Positions 54,291 through 62,380 of a stretch of DNA of 64,000 bases are shown here, piece after piece. A program made the position numbers and the translations under genes. How positions within the stretch are numbered: position 1 is the first letter of the stretch; each line of letters opens with the position of its first letter. The notes below the pieces were generated by a model. That model did no database searches. It was not told the origin of the DNA and worked only from the letters and a program-made list of their open reading frames with translations. Origin of the DNA: Phycisphaeraceae bacterium (GTDB lineage: Bacteria > Planctomycetota > Phycisphaerae > Phycisphaerales > UBA1924); the NCBI GenBank assembly GCA_026126345.1, contig JAHCJH010000001.1, positions 1,205 through 65,204 of the forward strand, written 5' to 3'.

Positions 54291-55890
54291 CCGAGAACAT
54301 CGAGCCGCGCCCGAGCTCGGAGTCCACCAGGATCTCCCCCTGCAGCAACGCCGTCAGTTCCTTGCAGATGGCAAGGCCCAGGCCGGTGCCGGCGTGCCGT
54401 CGGGCGTGGCCGGAGTCCAGTTGCACGAACTTCTCGAAGATCCGCGACATGTCTTCCTCGCGGATGCCCGGCCCTGTGTCGAGCACGCTCACCCGCACCC
54501 GGTCCTGCGTCGGGTCGCCGCGCGAAGCCAGCGTCTCAACCCGCAAGGTCACGATCGCGGGGCGGGTCGAACCGTCGGGCGCGGCGCCGTCCGCGCCGGC
54601 GGCGGCGTGGGCCTCGGCCGCATCGCCGGTGAACTTCACGGCGTTGGACAGCAGATTGAACACGATCTGGCGGAACTTGCCGGCGTCGGTCTGGATGACC
54701 GGCGGATCGCCGACCACTTCGAGCCGCAGCTCGACCGAGCGCTTGTCCGCCGCGGGCCGCATCATCGCCACGAGCGATTCACAGGCGTCCTTGAGGTGCA
54801 GCGGGCCGATGGTCAGCTCCATTCTGCCAGCCTCGACCTTGGCCATTTCCAGGATGCCCTTGACCAACTCCAGCAGCGACCGCCCCGAAGTCAGGATGTT
54901 GTCCAGGTAGCGCTGGCGCTTCTGAATGCGCTGCGGATCGGTCGCGGCGGCGGGATCGGTCGCGTCCTTCTGCGCGATCTCCTCGAGCAACTCCGCGAAC
55001 CCGAGGATCGAGTTGAGCGGCGTGCGGAGTTCGTGCGTCACGCTTGCCAGGAAGTCGCCCTTGAGCTTGTTGGCCTCGTACAGAGCGATGTTGCGCTGCG
55101 CCAGGTCTTCCAGCCGGTCGTCGAGCGACGCGTTGACCGCCCGCAGCTGGTTCTGCCCGGCCTGCAGGTTCCCGAGCATCGCGTTGAACGCCTCGGCCAG
55201 GTCCTCGAACTCGTCGCCGGTGCGGATGTCCGACCGGGTGTCCAGGTCGCCCCCGCGCACCGCCTCCGCCGTCGCGGTCAGCGACCGCACCGGGCTGAGC
55301 ACGATGTAGTTGGTGATCAGGTAGAACACCAGCACCGCCAGCCCCAGCGACAGCAGCCCGGCCGACAGCAGGTACGCCGAGTTCACGAGCATGGCGCGTG
55401 CCGCGGCGGGGCTTGATCGCTCCAGAACGACGAGCCCTTCGAGTGCGCCCGGACGCTCGGCCGATCGCACCGCGCGGGCGAAGCGGTACTGGCGGCTTGT
55501 GAATTCCCAGCTGGCCTCCGAGAACTCGGCAACGTCCGGCGACTGGGACAACGCTTCCCACGCGGCGCCGATGAACTCCGACCGCTGTCGGGCCTCGGCC
55601 AGCGACTCGGGCGTCACGACAACGATCTGACCGTCGTCCAGCGACAGCCGCTGCCCCGGCCGCAGCCCCGCGGGTCGCGGGGCTCCGTCTGCCTGCGGCG
55701 TCTCGAGCGCCGTCTTGCGCAGCGATTCCTCCCAGACGCGGACCATCTGGCGCGACACCTCGGTCTCGCCATCGTCCACCGCGTTGTTCATGCGGAACCA
55801 GGCGACGGCCAGCGCGGCGGCCACGATGAGCACCACCGCGGCGCCGAAAAGCAGCAGGCACTTGTTGGCCAGCGAGAGCCGCCCGAGCAT
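54199..55890 (-). CDS. Sensor histidine kinase (2 TM, HAMP, HisKA, HATPase_c)
   Basis: ATG at 55890 (MLGRLSLANKCLLLFGAAVVLIV). The HAMP region is followed by H-box SVTHELRTPLNSILGF, N-box FNLLSNAVKF and G-boxes DTGPGI and GTGLGLAI. The upstream 431 codons of track ORF 54199..57183 are antisense to miaB. Confidence 0.9.
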   Translation of the reverse strand: MLGRLSLANKCLLLFGAAVVLIVAAALAVAWFRMNNAVDDGETEVSRQMVRVWEESLRKTALETPQADGAPRPAGLRPGQRLSLDDGQIVVVTPESLAEARQRSEFIGAAWEALSQSPDVAEFSEASWEFTSRQYRFARAVRSAERPGALEGLVVLERSSPAAARAMLVNSAYLLSAGLLSLGLAVLVFYLITNYIVLSPVRSLTATAEAVRGGDLDTRSDIRTGDEFEDLAEAFNAMLGNLQAGQNQLRAVNASLDDRLEDLAQRNIALYEANKLKGDFLASVTHELRTPLNSILGFAELLEEIAQKDATDPAAATDPQRIQKRQRYLDNILTSGRSLLELVKGILEMAKVEAGRMELTIGPLHLKDACESLVAMMRPAADKRSVELRLEVVGDPPVIQTDAGKFRQIVFNLLSNAVKFTGDAAEAHAAAGADGAAPDGSTRPAIVTLRVETLASRGDPTQDRVRVSVLDTGPGIREEDMSRIFEKFVQLDSGHARRHAGTGLGLAICKELTALLQGEILVDSELGRGSMFSVILPLRLDPSVSAQTKMELSFRSSLAGQKS

Positions 55891-55971
55891 TCCCGGGAGT
55901 GTACGGAGCGCCGGACAGGGCTCGCCCCGCCGGCCGCGCCCGGTCGTTGCTCGGGCGGTGCCCGCGTATCC

Positions 55972-57723
55972 TTGCCCGTGGACCGCGCGAGCGTCTATCT
56001 CGAGACTTTCGGCTGCCAGATGAACGAACTGGACTCTCAGTTGGTCACCAGCAGCCTGCGCTCGCTCGGCTACCGGTTCACCACGGAGCCCGACGAGGCC
56101 GGGATCGTTCTGTACAACACCTGCTCGGTGCGAGAGCACGCCGAGCAGAAAGTCTGGAGCCGGCTGGGCGAATTGGCGATCCGCAAGGCGCGCCAGCCGG
56201 GCCTGGTGGTGGGCGTCCTGGGGTGCATGGCCGAGCGCGAAGGCGAGGCCTTGATCCAGCGCATGCCGGTGGTCGACGTGCTCGTGGGCCCGGGCGAACT
56301 CGACAAACTGCCGACGCTGCTGGACAACGCGGTCCGAACCCGAGCATCGCTGGCGGATCTGCCCGAGGCGCGGACGCTCTCCGACACGCCCGCCGAGCGC
56401 AAGCCCGACCTCACGCTGCTGCGTTCGGCCGGGGCCGTCGCGCTGCAGGGAAACACCGGCCGCCGCAGCGCCACCCTGGCCGCCGCCGCCGACACCCTCG
56501 AAGGGCTCGACCTGTCGCGCACCGTCTCGCCCGAAGACCACGCCGGCTCGGCGTACGTGCGCATCACCCGCGGCTGCAACAAGTTCTGCACCTACTGCGT
56601 CGTGCCCTTCACGCGGGGCGCCGAGGTCCACCGCCCGCCCGATCACATCGTTGACGAGTGTCGGCGGCTCGCCGACGCCGGCGTGCTCGAGGTCACCCTG
56701 CTCGGCCAGACGGTCAACCACTACCGCTTCGAGCACGGCGCCGCCGTGACCATCGGCGGCGTGATTCAGCCGCAGAAGGGCCGCGTCTACGCCTCGGCCG
56801 ACGGCACGCGGCGCGACGCCTACGCCGGCGAGCGCGTCACCACCTTCGCCGACTTGCTCCGTCGCATCCACGAAGAAGTCCCGGCGATCCGCAGGCTTCG
56901 CTTCGTCACCTCCTATCCCCGCTCCTTCGGCGACGACGTGCTCGACGTCATCCGTGCCAGCCCCCGTATCTGCCGCTACCTCCACGTGCCGGCCCAGAGC
57001 GGCTCGGACCGGATGCTCAAACTCATGAACCGCGGCTACACCATCGCCGAGTACATGGAGTTCCTGCACCGGGCGCGGGCCGCCCTGCACCAGCCCGAGA
57101 TCGGCCGCCCTCTGACCGTCGCGGGCGACATCATCGTCGGCTTCCCGACGGAGACCGACGCCGATCACGAAGCCACCAAGCACCTGCTCGCGCAGGCCAG
57201 GTACAAGAACTGCTTCATCTTCAAGTACTCGCCGCGCCCGGGAACCGTGGCCATCGACCGCTACGACGACGATGTTCCCGACGACGTCAAGCGCCGGCGG
57301 AACAACGAACTCCTGGCGCTGCAGCAGCAGATCAGCGCCTCGGTGAGCGCCGAGTACGCCGCAGCGGAGGTCGACGTGTTCGTGCAGGGCATCAGCAAGC
57401 GCCAGGCCAAGGTCGATCGCCGGCCCGTGTCGGGCGGAGGCGTTTCTCTAACCGTCCGCGGCCGTACGCCGGATGCTCCGCCCGATCACATCGGAGCCGA
57501 TGCAGACTGCGGCGCGTGCACCACGGTGGCCACGGCGCCGGCGACCCGTGAGTCCGCGGGCACGCCGGTGCAACTCTCAGGCCGGACCGACGGGGACCTG
57601 ATCGTCTTCTTCGATTGCCCGACCGGGCGATCGCCCGACAGCCTCATCGGTTCCATCGTGCGCGTACGGATCGACGAGTGCCGACCCCTCAGCCTTCACG
57701 GAACGTTGATCAGCGGCCGCTGA
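55972..57723 (+). CDS. miaB: tRNA-2-methylthio-N6-dimethylallyladenosine synthase (MiaB-type radical SAM methylthiotransferase)
   Basis: VYLETFGCQMNELDS, radical-SAM CNKFCTYCVVP and a C-terminal TRAM-like domain. The track start is TTG; GTG at 55978 is an alternative. Confidence 0.92.
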   Translation: MPVDRASVYLETFGCQMNELDSQLVTSSLRSLGYRFTTEPDEAGIVLYNTCSVREHAEQKVWSRLGELAIRKARQPGLVVGVLGCMAEREGEALIQRMPVVDVLVGPGELDKLPTLLDNAVRTRASLADLPEARTLSDTPAERKPDLTLLRSAGAVALQGNTGRRSATLAAAADTLEGLDLSRTVSPEDHAGSAYVRITRGCNKFCTYCVVPFTRGAEVHRPPDHIVDECRRLADAGVLEVTLLGQTVNHYRFEHGAAVTIGGVIQPQKGRVYASADGTRRDAYAGERVTTFADLLRRIHEEVPAIRRLRFVTSYPRSFGDDVLDVIRASPRICRYLHVPAQSGSDRMLKLMNRGYTIAEYMEFLHRARAALHQPEIGRPLTVAGDIIVGFPTETDADHEATKHLLAQARYKNCFIFKYSPRPGTVAIDRYDDDVPDDVKRRRNNELLALQQQISASVSAEYAAAEVDVFVQGISKRQAKVDRRPVSGGGVSLTVRGRTPDAPPDHIGADADCGACTTVATAPATRESAGTPVQLSGRTDGDLIVFFDCPTGRSPDSLIGSIVRVRIDECRPLSLHGTLISGR

Positions 57724-57735
57724 ACGTCGGCGCAC

Positions 57736-58518
57736 TCACCGTCGTTCGGCCACGTGCACGATCGTTTCGTACCGCAGCACGACGTCGCCGCGCTCGTCAG
57801 CATGATGACGTGCCGCCTCCGCGAGCGTCCGCTCCATCGCCTCGCGTTCCGGTCCGCTGGCGGGCACGTAGGACGCGCTGGCGGCCCGACCGATGAGCCC
57901 CCGCACGCCGGGCAGGCGCTGCGCGTGCGGGAACACGCGCACCCGATACCCGACGAACAGCCCGCTGTCGCGCAAGAACGTGAAGTGGTCCGCCCGCTTC
58001 TCCGCCGGATGGTTGCCGGACGCGGCCCGGATCGCCGCGCCGTACGTCGCCGTCAGTGGGTCCGAATCGTCGCGTTCGTTCCACAGCAGCGCGACCCTGC
58101 CGCTCGGCCGCAGCACTCGGGCGAACTCCGCAAGCGTCGGTTCTGGAACGAACCAGTGAAACGCCTGGGCGCAGACGATCAGGTCCAGCGACCCGCGTTC
58201 AACGGGCAGTTTCTCGGCTGTCGCGTTCACTGGCTCGATGCGCCGGTGCGCCGGGATCGCGCGCCGCATCGCGTCGTTCGGCTCGACGGCCAGCACCCGA
58301 GACTGTCCGGTGACCGCGTCGGCCAGTTGCACCGTTGAAATCCCTGTGCCGGCGCCGACGTCGGCGATGGTCAACCGAACTCGATCCAGTCCTTCCAGAA
58401 CCGCATCCCAGGCCGGGGCCGGGTAATCGGGCCGAAAGGCGGCGTAGTCGTTCGCGCGGTCGCTGAACCGACCGGTCGGGTTCATGTCGTGCAGCGACGT
58501 GTGCGATGCGGTCTCCAT
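57736..58518 (-). CDS. Class I SAM-dependent methyltransferase
   Basis: Motif I IADVGAGTGIST and post-I LAVEPNDAMR, then DLIVCAQAFHWF. ATG at 58518. Confidence 0.87.
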   Translation of the reverse strand: METASHTSLHDMNPTGRFSDRANDYAAFRPDYPAPAWDAVLEGLDRVRLTIADVGAGTGISTVQLADAVTGQSRVLAVEPNDAMRRAIPAHRRIEPVNATAEKLPVERGSLDLIVCAQAFHWFVPEPTLAEFARVLRPSGRVALLWNERDDSDPLTATYGAAIRAASGNHPAEKRADHFTFLRDSGLFVGYRVRVFPHAQRLPGVRGLIGRAASASYVPASGPEREAMERTLAEAARHHADERGDVVLRYETIVHVAERR

Positions 58519-58519
58519 G

Positions 58520-59296
58520 TCACGGCGCCCGAACGGCCGAGTGCACTTCGGTGATCCACGCGAATCGCGCCAGGCCGTCCGCGTCGGCGTGCCGGCGGTA
58601 CGCCTCGATCAACCGACGGTCGAGCGTATCGCGAATCTCGCCGCCGTACCGGCTCGAGCTGCGCGCATAGCCGACGAAGCCCTCTGCGTCAAAGGCCCGA
58701 ACGTTGGCGTGGTGCTCGGTCGCGTAGTCGCGGAAGAGCGTCGAAACCCTGATCGACGCCCGGCCGTTCCCGTGCCGCTCGGCGTAGTGCGGACCGAGCG
58801 CCTCGTCCACAATCCGTCGAAACTCGGCCGTCAGCGCGTTGTTGAGGTCGCACCGGTTGTTGAGGATCACCAGCCGGCCCCCCGGCTTGAGCAGCCGCGC
58901 GAACTCATCCAACGCCGCCGCCGTCTCGAACCAATGAAACGCCTGCGCGCACACCACGACGTCGAACCGCCCGCTCGGCAGGCCGGTGCGCTCGGCCTTG
59001 CCCGGGTGCCACCGCACGCGGGGATGCGCCTCGGCCGCGGCCCGCATGGCGTCGTTCGGCTCCACCGCGTCGACCATCGATGCCCCTTCGATGGCGCTGG
59101 CGATTTGGCGCGACGCGATGCCCGTTCCCGCGCCAACGTCAGCGATCGTGCACGCCGACCGGTCCAGGCCCCGCAAAGCCGAGTCGATGGCCGACGCGGC
59201 GTAGCTCGGCCGGAACCGGGCGTATCGCTCGCTCACCAGTTCGAAGCGACCGGAAGTCGCTGAATCCGCTCGCGGTTTCCAGAGTCGCAGGCGCAC
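58520..59296 (-). CDS. Class I SAM-dependent methyltransferase (paralogue of the downstream gene)
   Basis: IADVGAGTGIAS, AVEPNDAMR and DVVVCAQAFHWF are collinear with the neighbouring gene product. GTG start. Its stop lies 1 nt before the next gene's ATG. Confidence 0.85.
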   Translation of the reverse strand: MRLRLWKPRADSATSGRFELVSERYARFRPSYAASAIDSALRGLDRSACTIADVGAGTGIASRQIASAIEGASMVDAVEPNDAMRAAAEAHPRVRWHPGKAERTGLPSGRFDVVVCAQAFHWFETAAALDEFARLLKPGGRLVILNNRCDLNNALTAEFRRIVDEALGPHYAERHGNGRASIRVSTLFRDYATEHHANVRAFDAEGFVGYARSSSRYGGEIRDTLDRRLIEAYRRHADADGLARFAWITEVHSAVRAP

Positions 59297-59334
59297 GGTC
59301 GCATTGTACTGCGGCGTCTCCCGCCCCCGAATGA

Positions 59335-62300
59335 CTAGCCCCGGTCGCCCTCCTCGAACCGCTCGCGGGCACGCCGCTTAGCCTCCAGCAGCGACGACTC
59401 GCTCTGGCCGGGCGTCGGCGTGGTTTTCGGCTCGGTGACCGGGCCTGCCAATCGTGACTCGCGACGCCGGCGACGGGCTTCTTCAGCGAGGGCTCGAGCG
59501 TCGGCCTCGGTGAGCGCCGAGGCGGGTTGGGCCGCGTCGGTCTCGGCGGTGCGCAACGAGCCGAGCGTACGCGCGGCTTGGTCAGAACGATCCCGCAGCG
59601 CATCCTCGGCCTGCTGGCGGATCGACCGGCCGAACTGGCGGCTCACCAGCCTGTCCCACGCCAGCCGCCGCGTCGCCACGTCCAGCAGCAGCAGCACCAT
59701 CGCCCAGGGAAGCAGCAGCGGCCACAACGGCGAACGCGCCTCCTTCGGGACGGTGCCCGATCGGTCGAACAGCAGCCGCGCGGCCCCGGCCGGGTCATCC
59801 AGGCTGAGCGACCGCCCGCCGGTGAGTGATGAAAGCCGCGCCAGCAGCGCATCGTCGGAACGCATGGAACGAAACTCGGCGCCCTGAGCGCGGACCACGC
59901 CTCCGACCACCGGCGGCAGCGATCGTGCGCCCGGCCCGGTGGTGCGCGGGGCCAGCGTCACGACGTACGCCCCGCTGACCGTCGCCGCCACGTCCCCTTC
60001 GTACACCCCGGGCCCGGTCTGCGTCAGGCGGACCTCCATCCGTCGGCCGTCGGGGGCGTAGACCGCGCCGGGCACGTCCAACAGGTCCATCGGGCGGCCC
60101 TGTTCCGTCGTCGCTTCCATGCGCAGCGCCAGGCGGTCGCCGCGGATCTCCGACGTGAGATCCGCCGCCCGTCCCGTCGCGTTGCGACCGATCGAGCGCG
60201 CGATCTGTGTCCACATCCGCCGATACCCGGGCCACGCGAGCCAGGGCTCGGCCCACCGATGGGCGTCGGAAGTGAACGCCGCGACCTGCCCGAGGCCCGC
60301 CTGCCAGTGCGCCAGCACCGGCTCTCCCCCGGGCGTGAGCAGCTCGTACGTCACGCTCGCGGATTCGGCCCGGTCGCGCCCCGCCTTGGGCTGCGTCAGG
60401 ACCAGGCCCCGCAACGGCGGCATCGTGGACTGATCGAGCCCCGCCGCCAGCAGGGCGCCCGGCTGCAACAACGGCGTGAACGGCTCCTCACGGATCATCG
60501 GCTGGCGGACGACTCGAACAGCCTTGAGGAACACGCGGGGCAGGATGTTGGGATCCGTGACTCTGTAGAACTCGCCCCTGCCGGCCTTGGCCATCGCGGC
60601 CATCACCTCGGTATCCGCCGAGTCGCCCACGGCGATGGTGCTGACCTTGATCCCGTCGGTAGCCATCGACGCCGTCATGTCCACCAGCCGGTTGCGCCCA
60701 CGCGACTCGCCGTCCGAAAGCACGATCACGTGCTTGATCTGCGCCTCGGCGCCCCGCATCTGGCGGTGCGCTTCCTCCAGCGCCGGGGGCAGGTTGGTGC
60801 CGCCCGACGCGTCGATTCCAAGGACGCGCTGCGCGACCGCCTGCGGATCGTCCAGCCTGGCCAGCGGCGACACGACGTCGAACGTGGAGTCGAACGCGAT
60901 CACGCCCACCAGGTCGTTCTTGTCCAGCGTGCGGATGGCCAGCGCCGCCCCGGCGTTGGCGATATCCTGCTGCGACCGCGAACCGCCCAAGACCGCGCGG
61001 TTCATGGACCCGGATTTGTCGATGATGAACAGCACGGCCGCCGCGGGCATGACCAGCCGCTCGGGCAGGTCGAGCCGCACGGGCAGGATCGCCTCGAGCT
61101 CGGTGCCCTTCCATCCGCCGGGCCCGAAACTCTCGGGCCCGCCGACCATCACCAGCCCGCCGCCGAGTTCGGTGACGTAGCGCACCAGCATGTCGTTCAC
61201 GCCCGCGGGCATCGCCTCGGCCGCGACGTTCTGCAGGATCACCAGGTCGAACGCCTGCATGCGCAGCAGGTCTGCGGGCGCCGACTCGGGCGAAACCACC
61301 TCGAGCTCGATGCCCTCGGAACGCAGCGTGCCGGCCAGAACCGCTCCCGGACCGTCCGACGCGCCGCGCCCCACGCCGTCGACCAGCAGCACGCTCCCGG
61401 CGCCGGGCGTGAGCGTGAACGCCGTCGCGCGGTTATTCGCGGCGATTCGGTCGGCGCCTGCGTCGCCGGGATCGGGCTCGTATACCGCTTCGAGCCGGTG
61501 CACCCGCCCCGGCCCCAGGGGCACGTCGAGCAGCAGAACGCTGCGCCCGGCCGGGAGCGTCACGCGCAGACCCGCGCCGGGGGCCGACCCGTTGATGTCC
61601 GCCTCCTGGCCCTCGTTCAGCAGCCGCAGCGTGCCGCTCGTCGGCGCCGCGCTCGACACCACCACGCGCGCCGTGATCGTCGCACCCGCGGCCGCCCGGG
61701 CCGGAGCATCGACCGACTCGACCACCACTTCGCCGTCCACCCGGTAGCTCAGCGCGACGCTGTCGATCGGCACGGGCGGCCCCCCGCCGATCGCCGCCGT
61801 CGCGGCCCGCAGCGCATCGCCCGCGGTCTGGTTGCCGTCGGAGATCAAGAGCAGCCGCCGCGCCGCGTCGGCCGGGAACATGCCCTGCGCCAACCGTAGG
61901 GCCGACTCGATGTCTGTTCCCTCGGCCAGGGACACGTCGATCACGCGCTCCGTCACTGGGCCCGTCGAGCACGGCGCGACCGCCAGCGCCTGACCGTCAA
62001 AGACGACCATCCCCACCAGGTCTTCCGGCCCGCGCCGGTCCGTCGCACCGGCAAGGAACGCACGCACCCGCTCCAGCACGCCGACGCTCCGGCCCTGGGC
62101 GTCCGGTGCCGCCGGCACGTACGACCGCACCGACCCCGACACGTCGACCACTGCCACAACCGCGAGCCGATCTGTTGTCCTGACCGTGCTCACCCCTGCC
62201 AGCATGGCCGAGAGCGTTGCCAGCAGCAGCGTGCGCACCATCACAGCCGACCAGCGGCGAACCCCCGCCATCGCGCCGAACCACGCCAGACCTGCGACCG

Positions 62301-62361
62301 CCATCGGGATCGTCAGGGCGGTGATCCACAGAAACTCGGGTTGCTCGAATCGGATGGACAT
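59335..62361 (-). CDS. BatA-type double-TM N-terminus, two VWA domains and a glutamine-amidotransferase-like domain (large membrane protein)
   Basis: MSIRFEQPEFLWITALTIPMAVAG... N-terminus. MIDAS motifs VDVSGSV and IDKSGSM. Central segment FDLVILQNV...GGGLVMVGG. A C-terminal TM helix and charged tail. ATG at 62361 (ATG at 62394 is also possible). Confidence 0.87.
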   Translation of the reverse strand: MSIRFEQPEFLWITALTIPMAVAGLAWFGAMAGVRRWSAVMVRTLLLATLSAMLAGVSTVRTTDRLAVVAVVDVSGSVRSYVPAAPDAQGRSVGVLERVRAFLAGATDRRGPEDLVGMVVFDGQALAVAPCSTGPVTERVIDVSLAEGTDIESALRLAQGMFPADAARRLLLISDGNQTAGDALRAATAAIGGGPPVPIDSVALSYRVDGEVVVESVDAPARAAAGATITARVVVSSAAPTSGTLRLLNEGQEADINGSAPGAGLRVTLPAGRSVLLLDVPLGPGRVHRLEAVYEPDPGDAGADRIAANNRATAFTLTPGAGSVLLVDGVGRGASDGPGAVLAGTLRSEGIELEVVSPESAPADLLRMQAFDLVILQNVAAEAMPAGVNDMLVRYVTELGGGLVMVGGPESFGPGGWKGTELEAILPVRLDLPERLVMPAAAVLFIIDKSGSMNRAVLGGSRSQQDIANAGAALAIRTLDKNDLVGVIAFDSTFDVVSPLARLDDPQAVAQRVLGIDASGGTNLPPALEEAHRQMRGAEAQIKHVIVLSDGESRGRNRLVDMTASMATDGIKVSTIAVGDSADTEVMAAMAKAGRGEFYRVTDPNILPRVFLKAVRVVRQPMIREEPFTPLLQPGALLAAGLDQSTMPPLRGLVLTQPKAGRDRAESASVTYELLTPGGEPVLAHWQAGLGQVAAFTSDAHRWAEPWLAWPGYRRMWTQIARSIGRNATGRAADLTSEIRGDRLALRMEATTEQGRPMDLLDVPGAVYAPDGRRMEVRLTQTGPGVYEGDVAATVSGAYVVTLAPRTTGPGARSLPPVVGGVVRAQGAEFRSMRSDDALLARLSSLTGGRSLSLDDPAGAARLLFDRSGTVPKEARSPLWPLLLPWAMVLLLLDVATRRLAWDRLVSRQFGRSIRQQAEDALRDRSDQAARTLGSLRTAETDAAQPASALTEADARALAEEARRRRRESRLAGPVTEPKTTPTPGQSESSLLEAKRRARERFEEGDRG

Positions 62362-62380
62362 GAATAACGCCGGTCGGCGA

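Noticed and set aside
54199-57183. 994-aa minus-strand ORF
   Set aside because: It is chimeric. The 3' 563 codons are a genuine histidine kinase starting at ATG 55890. The 5' 431 codons are antisense to miaB, which has unambiguous radical-SAM motifs.
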